This document shows positions 22,668 through 34,712 of a stretch of 64,000 nt of DNA, piece by piece. Each line of letters starts with the position of its first letter. Position 1 is the first letter of the stretch. The stretch is from Plasmodiophora brassicae (taxonomy: Eukaryota). A program made the position numbers and the translations under genes. The stretch lies in the NCBI GenBank assembly GCA_036867785.1, contig CP145412.1, forward strand, positions 744,001-808,000, given 5' to 3'. The notes below the pieces were generated by a model. The model saw only the letters and a list, made by a program, of their open reading frames with translations, made no database searches and was not told the origin of the DNA.

Positions 22668-22932
22668 TGCGAGCGCGCCCGGTGACAAACGACTACCACG
22701 TTGTCGCGACGGCGCTCCTGACAAATGCGTCTGCGGACGCCGCGGCGACTCAGGCTGGGCATTGCGCGATTCGGATTCCCTATTCCGTAACTTACGTCGC
22801 TCCGGCGGGTCCTGCCTGGGCGTCTAAGAATGCCGCAAGCCTGCCCTCGCGACGTTGCCGACGAAACACGGTTACGATTCTGGCAGACAAATTTACTAAT
22901 AGAATGTTCGGTCGTCGTTGCGAGGATCGGGG

Positions 22933-24613
22933 TCACTGAGGGGCACCGGTTTTCGACGCAGCGGCGGCGGCTTTGGCCTTCAGGCGCGCCTCCTTGTCCA
23001 GGCGGAGCTTCTCCTCGATGCGCTTTCGCCGGTCCTTCTCCTCTTGCTTTTCGCGCCTGGCACGATCTGCGGCGATCTTCGCCTGCGCCTCTTCGCGCTG
23101 GCGTTTCGCATCCAGGGCAGCCTTTGCCGCCTCTCTGCGTTCCGCTTCCCGTTTCTTCGCAGCCAGCTTCTCTTCAACTTCTCTCTGTGCACGCATGCTG
23201 GCCTTCAGCCGATCAATGTGCTGAAGTTTCTCCTCCTTCGTCATCTTCGACAGGTCCACCGATTCGACACCAGCCGCCGCGGCCGCATTCGCGCGAATCG
23301 TTTCCTTGTCCTTAGCAGCCTTGTCACGAATCGCGCGCATGGCATCGCTCATGTCGTCGTCGTACACCACCCCAGGAACATGCCCCAGCGGGGCTCCACG
23401 CGTGTTCGGTGCAGGCCCGACACCGACAACTGATAGCGGTTCATCAATGTCCTGGTCGTTTTCATGTTCAATTAGCCAGCCAGTTGCCGCCTCCAACGTT
23501 TTCGCTTTGGAGATGATCAGGGCCTTTTCCGCCCGAATCTTTCCGAACCCCATGTCGAGTAATTCTTTCAGAAGGGCCTGGTCCAGCTTGGCCGTCAACG
23601 CAGGGTCGTTTTGTGGCTGATTCCCAGCCTCAGATGACGATTGGTCAAGCGACAGGGCGATCGCCTTGGCCAGCTCTGCATCATCATCCTTAGACGCGAC
23701 AGCAGCGGGATCGGCGGCTTTCGCAGGAGGGGCCGTCTGAGCAGGCTGCTTGGGCGTGAACTACAGCACCACACAAGTTAGAATATAACCATGTTAGAAG
23801 AGCAATGCACATACGGAAGGATCTGCCCATGGAGTCGCTGGGTTATGTGGCCGAGCAGGTTTCGATTCTTTCGATTCCTCAACTGCGGCAGGCGCTGGTT
23901 GGGCCTGCCTCATTCCAGGCGGGACGAACTGGACATGGCTAAGAACCGGCAGGCAGATTTACAGAGAGATAGGTGGCATACGTTTGGGTCGGCCCATGGG
24001 TTTGGGCGCCGCGCCGTTGAGCCCGCAGGCGTCGCTGACGACGACGCTTTGGACGACGATGACGATTCGCTTAACGAATGACCTTTGCCTGAAAACCCAA
24101 CGAATACGCTCCCTGGAAAACTCAGATCAAATTTCATGAGAAGCCAGCGGGCCCGAGATGAGGCCTACCGGAATACTTTTTGACCAAGTCTTTCACAGTT
24201 TCCCGTAACTGGTCAGGCTGGGCGCCACGAACCTCACCAACCTGAGTGCCCTTCGAGTAGAACTTGAAGGTTGGCATAGCCTGTACGCCTTCCTTCATTG
24301 CCAAATCCTGTCCAAACAATCAGAGAACGGCCCGTTCACGTTGCACCGAACCAGCATACCTTCGCATGATCGACGTCACATTTGCAGAATATAGCCTGTT
24401 TCGAATACCTGGGTGCCACTCATCAGCAGCCTCGTTCTGCGCGCGCACGCGTGACGAGCGGACGTACTCGCTGGCCAGTTGCTGGTAGATTGGCGCAATC
24501 ATTTTACATGGCCCGCACCATTCGGCGGAGAAGTCGACAACGACGAGCTTGCCCCCGGCCTTGCCTTTGACGGACTCGAAGTGGGCCGCATCACGCAGCT
24601 CCTCAACGGACAT
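22933..24613 (-). CDS. Thioredoxin + SHP-box + UIM + UBA + coiled-coil protein, multi-exon
   Basis: [58 protein letters not shown]...WLIEHEND. Confidence 0.8.
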
Positions 24614-24809
24614 CGCTGACGTTGACGAACCGATCGTTCCTGATCCGCCACTTGTCTCTGCCGAGTGCCGACGGACCTCCAAAACGTCGCCGATCCGGTA
24701 TGTGGCGCCAGCGCCGCTCGCACCATACGAGTACGCGCATTCGTCGTATCGGTATTCAGGTATTTACCTAACAGTGGCAAGTCGCTCTGTATTTGATACA
24801 ATAGTTCGT

Positions 24810-26362
24810 TCATTTGGGTAGAATCTTGTCCAGAGCAGTCCGTTGTTCGTCAGTGAGCGACGTCGGGAAGTCGATATGGAATTTCACAAGCAGGTCACCG
24901 TGTTTCGATGGATAGTCGTGTTGGGGGAGCCCTTCACCGTTGAGTTTCACAACCTGAAGTGGGCGCGTTACCTGCAACGTACACGTAAACATACGAACAG
25001 GAAGATGTGCCGATCAAGCCACCTTGTCACGGGAAACTTCGACTAAATGACCATCAAGGTGTTCTATAGTGCTCTTGAACCCAACTAGAGATTCTAACAA
25101 GGAGATGTGCCTGCGCACAGTTAGAACCGAATTGCTGTGGCGAACCAGTGGCTTACGCGTCGTGACGCAGATTGTTGCCTTCTCGAACGAATCGCGGATG
25201 AGGAGCAGAGGACACCTTGAACGTGATGTGCCCCGCGGCCATATCGGGAGACTCATCCCCTTCATTTTCGAACAGGAGCAGTTCGTTTTCTGCGACGCCC
25301 TTCTCAACGTAAACATCAATGGTTTTATGACCAGGAACAACCTAGAGAAAACATGTTAGGTCAGGTAGACGTGGACGAAACGCAGTGATACCTTGCCGCC
25401 TTGACACTTGTGGCAGACTCGTTTGACCTTCTTTCCCGTTCCACCACATACATCACACGTTTGCTGAAACTGCTGATACATACCAGGAGCTAGCATTCGC
25501 CTGTTATCCCAATTCATGTATCAGATTAAGCAAAATGTTTCAAAGCACATCCCTTACTTCACAATCTTGACACCTTGCCCGTTGCAAGCAGTGCATGTCT
25601 TAAAGTCTTCGGGCGTTTCCGCACCGGTACCGCGACAGTGCGGGCACAGCTGCTGTCCATGAACAAGCACCTCGTGGTTCTTTCCCAAATACACATCCTC
25701 GAGGGGCACGACGAGATCCTGAATCAAAAAGGGATGAGAACGTACAACATCAGTGCGCCCAATGTCATCTCCACCAATTCTATATCGGTGCCACGTCGTT
25801 CTTCTTGGTTCCTTCTGCCGGCTCCTCCCGTGAACAAATCGAAAATATCGGTGAACCCACCGAACCCACCACCTGGCCAGCAAACTTAGCCGAAAGGGTC
25901 GGTGCCGTCATTGCTGTGGCACTTCCTACCGGCTTGCTGCCCCTTCTTGTGCTGTTCCACGCCTTGTTCGCCGTGTTGATCATAAATTCGCCTCAAGTTC
26001 GCGTCAGACAGCGTCTCGTACGCTTTGGTGATCTCAACGAATTGGGCGGTCAACCCAGGGTCATTCTACATGATCGTTATGCACTCACTCCGACTATGCT
26101 TTATACAGCACACCTCCAAATGCATACCTTGGTTTTATCTGGGTGATATTCCTTGGAAAGCTTCCGGTACGCACGTTTCAACTGTACCCGCTCGTCAGCA
26201 CGCAGCCGATCGCCCGACACTGAATCGGCAGACCTCTCGTTCCCCGACACTTCGGCTGACACCGAGCAGCTTGTAGTAGTCGGTGGCCGCCTTCGCCCAC
26301 ACGACAGCGACGACGACAACGGCGACGATGAGGGCACGCATCCCAGACCGCGCTCTTGCCAT
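24810..26362 (-). CDS. ER-lumen type-I DnaJ (Scj1/ERdj3-like)
   Basis: Signal peptide, DYYKLLGV..KRAYRKLSKEYHPDK, CxxCxGxG zinc repeats, C-terminal ISLLESLVGF..HLDG, GEGLP..GDLLVKFHIDFP. Confidence 0.92.
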
Positions 26363-26563
26363 TGCGTGACTGAACCTGCGACTCAGAGCCACGGCAAAAC
26401 GCTGCCCGCGCCCACTCTGCACGAACCGGCGCGATCTGTCCCCTGTTCGGTTTCCAATGGGAAAGTCATCAGTCGGGACGTGTTTCAGCACATCCTCCTC
26501 GGGGTTTATTGCAAAGAGGGTGAAACCAACGATGCCCATTGACGGGGAGCAGCAGGGTGCGAC

Positions 26564-28291
26564 TCAGCAGGTTAGATATGGTCCTGGATCACAGCCCAGC
26601 AGCTGGCAGATGCGTTTGAACTGGCTGATGCGGTCCTGGGCCTGTGCTGGGTTGTTGCCGTTGCACTCGAGACCGCCGTTGATGATCGAAATGGATTGGC
26701 CGAATTGCGGCGGCGACTGAATCAGGACGTTGTGCATCGAGTCCTTCGGTGACTGCGGTGTCATGTAGAACCAGAGCGCCGAGCGGAACAACAGGTCGGG
26801 GCTGGACGATAGCATGTCAGGGTTCTGGTAAAGCTGAACGCTTTGCGCCGATGTTAGCGTCTGCCCGAACGCGATGTAATTGAAATTCCAGGACAGCTGG
26901 AGTGGCCCGCGCCCATGGTAGTTGGCGCTTGGATAGCATGGCCACTGGGGGGTTTGGCTACAGTACGTTGCTGGAGTCGTGTACCCGAGCTCGTTGACGT
27001 AGCAGAACGATCCGGATTCGTGAACGGCATGCGCCAGGAACCCGGCAATATCCGTCAGACGGTTCTGCAGTGTCCCCTGGTTGCCGAACAGGGGGAACGC
27101 AGACGCCGCCTGAATGAATGCCGAGTACGTGTAAACGCCATGCCCTTCGCAGGTCGTACTTGTTGACAGCAGGGAGTCGAAGACGCTCTCTGGGATCAGG
27201 CTGGCGATTGATGATTGTTGAGCTGCGGCCGGTACAGGAGGTGCCGTCGAACAGTATTGTGATCCAGAACCGCAGTAACCTGATAACACAACTGCGTTGA
27301 CTATGCCAGAATGATGCCAGGAGATCACTTCCAAACCGTATGGAGAGCAGCATTGATCGGAGGCACACCCAGCGTTGCCAAACGCCAGTCCACAGCGACC
27401 ATCAGGTCGTGGCGTAGTGACGGCCTGGTAGACGGACGCCGAGTTGCAGTAATCGCTGGTCGTTCCACAGAAACCTACGTTGATAGGCCGTCAGCATTGA
27501 TCTATGCCAGGACGACGCTGCGTGTGGTTGACGGCTTACCCCACTGGCTGCAGCAGGACCCGACTGGACACAAGGGAAGCGACGTCCCGCAGGCCTGCGC
27601 TGCAGGGGCGATCTTCAGTACGGTCGGCGCTGGCGTGGTTGGCTTTGGGAATGGGACCATAGGGTACATCGACTGAGCGTTGCAGTAGTCGATTGTGGAC
27701 CCGCAGTACCCTGCCATTGGGGTCAAAACTGAGGAACCAAGATTCCTTGAAGGACCTAAGGGCCACGTACCCCACTGGCTGCAGCAGTTTCCAGGATTGC
27801 AGAGTGGTAGGCCAGTGCCACACCGTTGCGCTGGCGTAGGCACAGGCGCAGACCTTGTCGTCGGTCGTTTCGTGGTGACGACCGGGTTCACAGGGTAGAT
27901 CGACATCGAATTGCAAAACGATGACGAGCTGCCACAGTACCCATATTGGGAGCAGCAGTTGCCCGGCGAGCACCCTGCGTTCCCGAAGCTCGGCCCACAT
28001 CTCCCGTCGGCCCTTGGCGCCGTTGTTCCACAGTATTCTGGGCCGCTCCCACAGTACCCGTACAGCGAGCAGCTGCGACAGGACATTAGCGCGCCTGTCA
28101 TATATTCGAGGTCGAGGTTACCAGTTCCCGGCCGTACAGGGCGCGCTGCCGTAGTTGGGACCGCAGCGCCCATCCGTCCGAGGCAGCGGGCCGGTTGGAG
28201 GCGCTGACGTGGCTCCTGAGACGGCGGCCGCAAACGGGACCGTGTATGCACAGACGAACAGGCTGATGACGAACGGAATGCGATGCGGCAT
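26564..28291 (-). CDS. Secreted GH19 chitinase with five CBM18 modules
   Basis: Signal peptide; five CG..C....CCS..G.CG....C modules; AGFLAHAVHES, CYVNE, YHGRGPLQLSWNFNY, SALWFYM, IINGGLEC. Confidence 0.94.
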
Positions 28292-28522
28292 CGGAGAATG
28301 CACGACTCTTGTGGCCTTCAGATTCGGTCCACGATTTGGAGTACACATTTCGACCCTGCATTTCTCCACAAAGGCTTGGAACCTTCCAGTTTGCAGCGCC
28401 AAAGGACCTTCCGATCAAGATATCAGAGATCCTACCCCGCGCTCTGTGATACTCCACATGGCGATGTACGTGACAGTATCCCGTGTTTATTACAAATCAA
28501 AGCCCTGCTTTGTTATGAAACG

Positions 28523-30015
28523 TCACTCCTCCTGGATCAAAGGTCGGAAATCGAAATCAGTCAGCCGAGTTGTTGACAGGGCGTTTCGGAAGACTGTTCC
28601 AGCCGCCGGTGTGAAGAAGTTCCCCCACAGCATCAACGACTTCAACTTTGACGCGGTCTTTCCCGCAACGACATCTGACAGCGCCACCAGGCCTGGTTCC
28701 GCTAAACTTGTATAGCTCAAATCGAGCCTGCGGATGATGTTAGATGGGGACATGACGATCGGGTTTCAATAGAGTACCGTTCCAAAACCATATTGGTCCT
28801 CAAGGAGCCTGCGATTGCCTTGCCGCCCTCGTCAATAATGCGATTCCCGGCCAGGTTCAAGTCAGTGATTGAGCAGGGTCCCGAAAAGTACCCTGCAAGT
28901 AGAACGGCGCCGCCCGGCCCGATCTGGTTACTGAGAATTGGGTTAGCAATGCTGGGAGAAGTTTAGAGACACCCGATGCTCGCGAACGTACCAGCGCAAG
29001 TTAAGGGTGCGAAGCGTCTTGTTCTGCGACAGACCTTTGACAAGCCATTCCACACCTTGGTCTCTGATGCGGTTCTTGGACAGATTCAATGACGTCAACG
29101 TCGTGTTAGTCGCAATCATCGTGCTGAGGTGAATGCTGCCTTCGTCATCCAGTGTGAGGATTCTCGGGTTCTCAATAGATAGTTCCTACAGACGCCATTG
29201 AGGGACACGGCCAATGACAATCGGTGTAATATCGCCTGACCGTTACGGTCGTGTTCGTCTGCATTGACTTGGCAATTTGGATGATTGCATTGATCCCCAT
29301 TTCGGTATTGCCCAAATCGACGCGCGTCAACATTAACATGGGTTTTGCAAACGCCCTTCCTAAAGCGCATACACCTGATGGGGCCCGTTAGCGGACGTCG
29401 AGCAATAAAACGTGGACCGGACCCCCGACCTGCATCCCCAATCGGGTTTCCGTTAAGGTTGATGTCCACGATTGAGCGCTGACCCTCCAGCGCGTGCGCC
29501 AGTGCCAGGCCGCCAACCTCTCCGATACCATTCGCTCGCAAGTTCAGGGACCTTAGCGTTTGCGTGCTCTGCAAGTGACATCAGTGTTTGGGGCGCGTAA
29601 CTCAACAGAGGGCCCTACGCGCATCATGGCGCTAAGGGCCTTAGCACCATTGTTTTCGATGTTGTTGACGCTGAGGTCAATGCTCGTGATGGATGCGTCT
29701 GCGAACGCTGTCAACGACTCCGACAGCGCGAACACATCATCGTCCTGGATCTTCTCCTTCTCCGACAAGCTGGCGCCGTTTAATAACAGTGACGACAATT
29801 GCTGCCTGGGATACAGCGACCAGCTGTTAATCGAAAGGTAAAACGGCGCGACAGATGGACGCCCACCCTCGCTCAATGGCGTCATTGACGCGTTTAATTA
29901 TCAACGGATGAGGATCATCGCCGAAGTTATCACATTTGCCTTTGTACAGGTCCAGGAAATGCTCCATAGAACCGTCTTCGGCGCGGACGCCCTCTACAAC
30001 GTCGGCCGACGCCAT
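28523..30015 (-). CDS. RI-like leucine-rich repeat protein (LRRC34-like), multi-exon
   Basis: ITSIDLSVNNIENNGAKAL, LRSLNLRANGIGEVGG, LKSLMLWGNFF. Confidence 0.75.
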
Positions 30016-30082
30016 CCTTTGCCAGACGGATTTAAGGAGATCGATTAGGTACGCTCAACGCGCCAGTAAAAAGAGCACAGCG

Positions 30083-30736
30083 TTAAACTTGCATTTTACT
30101 TGGCATCGTGGTGTCTAGCCATGACACAATCCTAGTGACATTTGCTTCGAGGTCGTCGACTGTATCGCTTCTGAGCTCGTGAACGATTGCTGGATCAAAA
30201 CTCTCTCTGGATTCATCGAGTACAACCTGAGCGTGGGCATGAGCTACGACACTCACAGAACGAAGCAACGTTGACCGGACCTGCATGATCTCAGCTTCGA
30301 TGTTCTCTGAGATTTTGTTCTGAGCATACCGCCTCTGCTCGAGGCGATTGTACAGGATCGTATTATCAGTTCGCAGTACGAGCACGATATCGATCAGCTC
30401 CTCAGGGAAAACGTACGGCGTGTGGAAATCGCAAACATTGCCACCCTTCTGAAGTTGAGGCGTAATGACAGACAGCAACTGAGAAGATACCCGGTCAGAT
30501 GCAGTCGTTTGAAACGGAAAACGTTCCCTTACCTTTTCGTCATCCAGGAGGAGACAATCGAATGTCGCGTCGCGTCCCTGATGACAGTTGAAGGTCTTGA
30601 CAATGTCGCCGACATTCATATGCGCTAGCCCAGTAGCATTGCAGACCATCTCGCACGTGGTCGTCTTCCCGCATCCGGGCGTACCCGTGATCAGGATGTT
30701 CGGGAGCCGTCGTGTTGTGGTCTGGAAATCCTCCAT
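30083..30736 (-). CDS. AK6: Adenylate kinase 6 / Fap7 family
   Basis: PNILITGTPGCGKTT, DFH, VLRTDNTILYNRLEQRRY...KISENIEAEIMQV; two short in-frame introns likely. Confidence 0.93.
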   Translation of the reverse strand: MEDFQTTTRRLPNILITGTPGCGKTTTCEMVCNATGLAHMNVGDIVKTFNCHQGRDATFDCLLLDDEKVRERFPFQTTASDRVSSQLLSVITPQLQKGGNVCDFHTPYVFPEELIDIVLVLRTDNTILYNRLEQRRYAQNKISENIEAEIMQVRSTLLRSVSVVAHAHAQVVLDESRESFDPAIVHELRSDTVDDLEANVTRIVSWLDTTMPSKMQV

Positions 30737-32026
30737 CAGCGGGCAGTTGTGTAGTTTCAGGTCCAGAAATCTGCGTGCGGACTCCGTGGCGCCCAACGAC
30801 CCAAGTCGCCACTTCCAGCTAAGGCAACGTGTTGGTGGCGGAATGAGTGATGAGGCTTACGACCATCGTAATTCTCTGCACAGAACGCAGGTCAGATGTT
30901 GGCCGTGCAAGTTGCACTGCTGGTGCATCAGGCGCCTGTTCATTCGCTTGGCAACCAACGAAGGGACTTCGTAAACTTTCCGCGCTTGTTGTACGAGAAT
31001 GCGAAGATATTGCCTGGCTGTCGTTGTCGTCGTCGCTGTACCCATGTTCGACGCCTGTTGCGTCGACGTGAACAACATTCACGGATAATATGTATCCCGC
31101 CAATTTTCTAGTATGTACTCTGTACACCATAGTGCACAGTCGGGCTGCTTGAAACTGTCCACTTCAGCATTTGTTTGAAGTGGGGCTGTTTGAGAGTGTT
31201 CATTTGCATGAATTTGATGAGTCGATTTGCGATATTTATTGGCTCTCATCATGTCGCCACGTGCTGCTCATGCACTTTTCGTACCCTTCCTTGACGCTGT
31301 CCTTCCATTCGCGGGAACCGGCAACGTAAGCGCGTTCGTCTATTTCTTGGGCCGGTATAACTTGGAGGTAATCTGGCTCTGATAGGTGCTTGAGCTTTTC
31401 ACGAATCTCACTCGTGCGGAATGCAGTCTGCAATTCTGAAGGCCGGCATGCTCGCTGTCGTTACGTGGTAGGCGACCCATTCGAACCATCTACGAATGCG
31501 GCCTATGGCCAGTACAGCGCGCTCGTGGCCGGCGTGTTCGCCTGATGGAATCGCAGAAGTCGAAACAGAACCCGGCTCTACCACATAACGTCAGCGAGCA
31601 TGCCGCCTTCAGGATTGCTTGTTCTGTTCCAGTCCTGCGACTCACAGTTTCCATCGATTTGGATGGTGCAAACCATGAATGGCACCGGATCGCATAGCCA
31701 GTCTCTCAGCGCCCGCTCGGGCGAGTTAGCTGACCAACCGGACGCAGCACGCAATGCTGAAGCAGTGCTAAGGATCTTGCCAACCATCGTGCCGGTGAAC
31801 CTGAACTGTCGAGCGACCCGTTCGAACCATCTACGAATGTGGCCTTTTGACGAGTACAGCGCGCTCGGCTCTGTTGCAGTCCCGCGACCCATAGGTCAGC
31901 CAGCCCGTACCTGCCGTTCCTGAGGGCGCGTCGGGGTCAATAATGCAGTGGGTGTGGACGTGGCACTCTGCTGTCTGTGCCGCGAATGATAGAATAAGTG
32001 CGTGGTCAGGGTACAGTTCGCTGGCC

Positions 32027-33270
32027 ATGATCATCGGTGTCGTGTATGATGGCGGGCGGCTTCGGGTCGAGGTCGACGGCGCATCGCCGCTGCAGGCATT
32101 ACTGGATGCTGTGGCCGCCGTCGATGGGCGCTACGCGGGTGGGTCGCTGCAGGCCCAGGCCGGGTCGTCCGAGATGCTGACCGACTTGTCCGTGCCCGTT
32201 GGGTCTGTGCTGGCACATGGAACCACTGTGTTTGCACGGATTCGACCACCAGAAGGTCCTGGACAACAGGCGTCACCAGCCACCCATGCAGAGGACTCGC
32301 GTGTTCCTCCAGCGAATTCTGAACCGCACGCAACATCCGCTGGAGGATCCAGGAACAATATCTGTCGAATTTGCCATGATGCTGAGGAGACGAAAGAATC
32401 GGGACGCCTGTTCTCGCCCTGCAAATGCGCCGGAACCATGAAGCACGTGCACGTCACCTGCCTGAACGAGTGGCGCCGCATGAGCTCGAACCCGCAGAGC
32501 TTCTATCAATGCGACCAATGCCTGTATCGCTACTCGTTGCATCGGGCGACATGGGCCCTGTGGCTGGTCGGGAACGCATCCGTCTGCGTGTAGCGTTGCT
32601 ACTGAAAATCGTGTTCGTCAGATGTCCGAATCGACCGTCCTGCTGGCCGCTGCCGCTCTCAGCGCATTGCTGACCATGCTCACCGCGGTCCTCGTCCAGA
32701 TCGTCATTCCAGATATGGCCATTCGAGTCTACATGGCAGGGTCAGTTAGGGCCTGGCATTCCCATCGTTCCGCCGTTTACCGGATCGCAGGCGGTTTGTT
32801 CCGCCATGGCATGTTTACCATCACTGGTCTGCTCCGTACTTCGACTTCTACATTTCGGGGGCGGCCGGCGTTGCATGCATTGGCGCGGGCATGTACCTGA
32901 TATCAGAGTACCGAATGATGTGAGGAACGTATTAGCCACGTTGCCTGCGCCTTCTAACTGACGGACGCCCAGGAGAGATCGTGACGACGGATGGCGGCAT
33001 CTGGTGCATTTCGGGTTGTGGCTAGCAAGCCTATCGCATCAGCATCTGGCTCGCGTAGGTTCGTGGGGTGCCATCTGCTCCATACCGTTTATCTGGTGGT
33101 GCTCACTGCTGATCGTCAGGCATGATTGTCGGTCTTGCCGTGTCCTACAAGAACGTGTTCGACATTGCCCGTCAGCAGTGCCTGCATTGGAGCACGACCT
33201 ATGGCGAGATGCTGCTCGAGGTGCAGGCGAATTCCTGATAAAAGAGAGACAGTGTTCCATCTATGTATGA
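32027..33270 (+). CDS. RING-CH (RINGv/MARCH-like) membrane E3 ligase, possible N-terminal ubiquitin-like domain
   Basis: CRICH...LFSPCKCAGTMKHVHVTCLNEWR...CDQC followed by hydrophobic exons; 3' end uncertain. Confidence 0.8.
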
Positions 33271-33291
33271 CGAACGCCCTGTGGTATCGGT

Positions 33292-33639
33292 TTACTCATC
33301 TTGCGTGTTGAACTCGCTGAGTCTAAAGCTTCGCGTCTGCAAGACTTGCACAGGTTCCGTTGTCGACGGGCGGCGAGCTGCCATCGCCTCCCTACAGGCC
33401 TTGGCGTCCGCTGAGATGTCATGCACCGATGCTCGCCCGGAAAACTTGGTACGAACGGCATCGTCGCACGACTCCAGTAGGAGCATGTTCAGTCGCCGAC
33501 GCAACCGCCCGATATACATCGACAGGACAACGATGCCCACCAGGAACATGGTGCATGCGGCCAGTTCGGCACGGACGGTGCCACTGTCCAGCAGGCCCAG
33601 CTGGTGTTCCGCCGGTCGCATAGCCGCGGAAGGATCCAT
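33292..33639 (-). CDS. Hypothetical small single-pass membrane protein
   Basis: 115-aa ATG ORF with LAACTMFLVGIVVLSMYI followed by RLRRR. Confidence 0.35.
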   Translation of the reverse strand: MDPSAAMRPAEHQLGLLDSGTVRAELAACTMFLVGIVVLSMYIGRLRRRLNMLLLESCDDAVRTKFSGRASVHDISADAKACREAMAARRPSTTEPVQVLQTRSFRLSEFNTQDE

Positions 33640-33732
33640 CCCTTATCGTCTCCTCCCAGCAGGATATTTTCGCTCGACCGATATCAACCTTCTCGCCGGT
33701 CTCGTGTCGAGGCCCACAAGTGCAACGAGAAT

Positions 33733-33733
<1 letters not shown>

Positions 33734-33764
<31 letters not shown>
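33734..33764. repeat. Poly-G tract (31 nt)
   Basis: Direct reading. Confidence 0.95.
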
Positions 33765-33766
33765 CT

Positions 33767-34543
33767 TTATTCGAAATGGCTAGGTCCCCATCCGAACCAA
33801 TGATGGAATGGGTTCCAGACCTTGTCGGCCCCGCTCCTCTCCCTGCTGTTCTTCTCTGTTAGGATCTTGAGCAGCGCTAGACGGAATGGGCGCTGCTCCT
33901 CGGGTACCCTGTGCGACTCGAACTTATCCGGGTGCAGATACAGGGCGGCGACCTTGTGCTTGGGCGACCGTCCGCCGGTGACAATCAGCGACAGGCTGTC
34001 CACTGACTTCTTCTCGCACCACTTCTCCAGACTGAACGATGTCCCAGACCGTTCATGGTGCTGCACCAACTGCCACAGGTCATCCAGCGATTCGATCTCG
34101 ATTGGCGCCGGCGTGTTCCTCGTCTGGGACGGCCTTGGCAATGTGTCAAGGGGCGTGTCTGGTACAGACTCCACCACCGTTACTGTGTCGTTCGCGTCTT
34201 CCGAGTGGTTGCTAGGTGGAACGAAATGTTCACCTGGCGGTCGCCTGCGGGCCGCCCTTATAGATTCGGCATGAAGCCTGTCTAGGTTGCGAAGCTCTTC
34301 CTCTTGTTGCGCATGTTCTTCAGCCTGTTTCCGACGTTCCTCGTCGGCTAGGCGTCTCTCGGTCTCTCTGCGCTCTTGCTCCGCTTGCTTCTCCCGAGCC
34401 TCGACGCGAATCCTGTCCTGCTCAGCACGGTGCCGATTCCGATACACGATTAGGCTTAGGGTGCCGATCCCGATGCATAGAATGACTGTTAGTGCAACCA
34501 GTGTACAGGCCACGTGTTTGGACTGGCGACGACGCCCTTCCAT
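33767..34543 (-). CDS. Single-pass membrane coiled-coil protein with a C-terminal HPD (J-domain-like) segment
   Basis: TM VACTLVALTVILCIGIGTLSLIVY, E/R/Q-rich coil, KVAALYLHPDKF. Confidence 0.6.
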   Translation of the reverse strand: MEGRRRQSKHVACTLVALTVILCIGIGTLSLIVYRNRHRAEQDRIRVEAREKQAEQERRETERRLADEERRKQAEEHAQQEEELRNLDRLHAESIRAARRRPPGEHFVPPSNHSEDANDTVTVVESVPDTPLDTLPRPSQTRNTPAPIEIESLDDLWQLVQHHERSGTSFSLEKWCEKKSVDSLSLIVTGGRSPKHKVAALYLHPDKFESHRVPEEQRPFRLALLKILTEKNSRERSGADKVWNPFHHWFGWGPSHFE

Positions 34544-34712
34544 GCTATGACTTTTAATTACTTTGGCGTACCGACCAAGACGCCGAAGGAGATCAAACAA
34601 TCGAAAGTCATCTGACATCAATTCGTTTTTATCGCGACTAATTGGATTGATCGGCATCGCAGTAGAGAGACGTATGTATTTCAAACCTATTCGTGCAATG
34701 GCTCCTGAGGCC

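Noticed and set aside
21812-30736. Two adenylate-kinase-fold genes as a functional cluster
   Set aside because: AK2-type and AK6/Fap7 are distant families with different roles, separated by unrelated genes
30819-31923. Small ORFs in the AK6 to RING-CH gap
   Set aside because: Fragmentary with no identifiable domain
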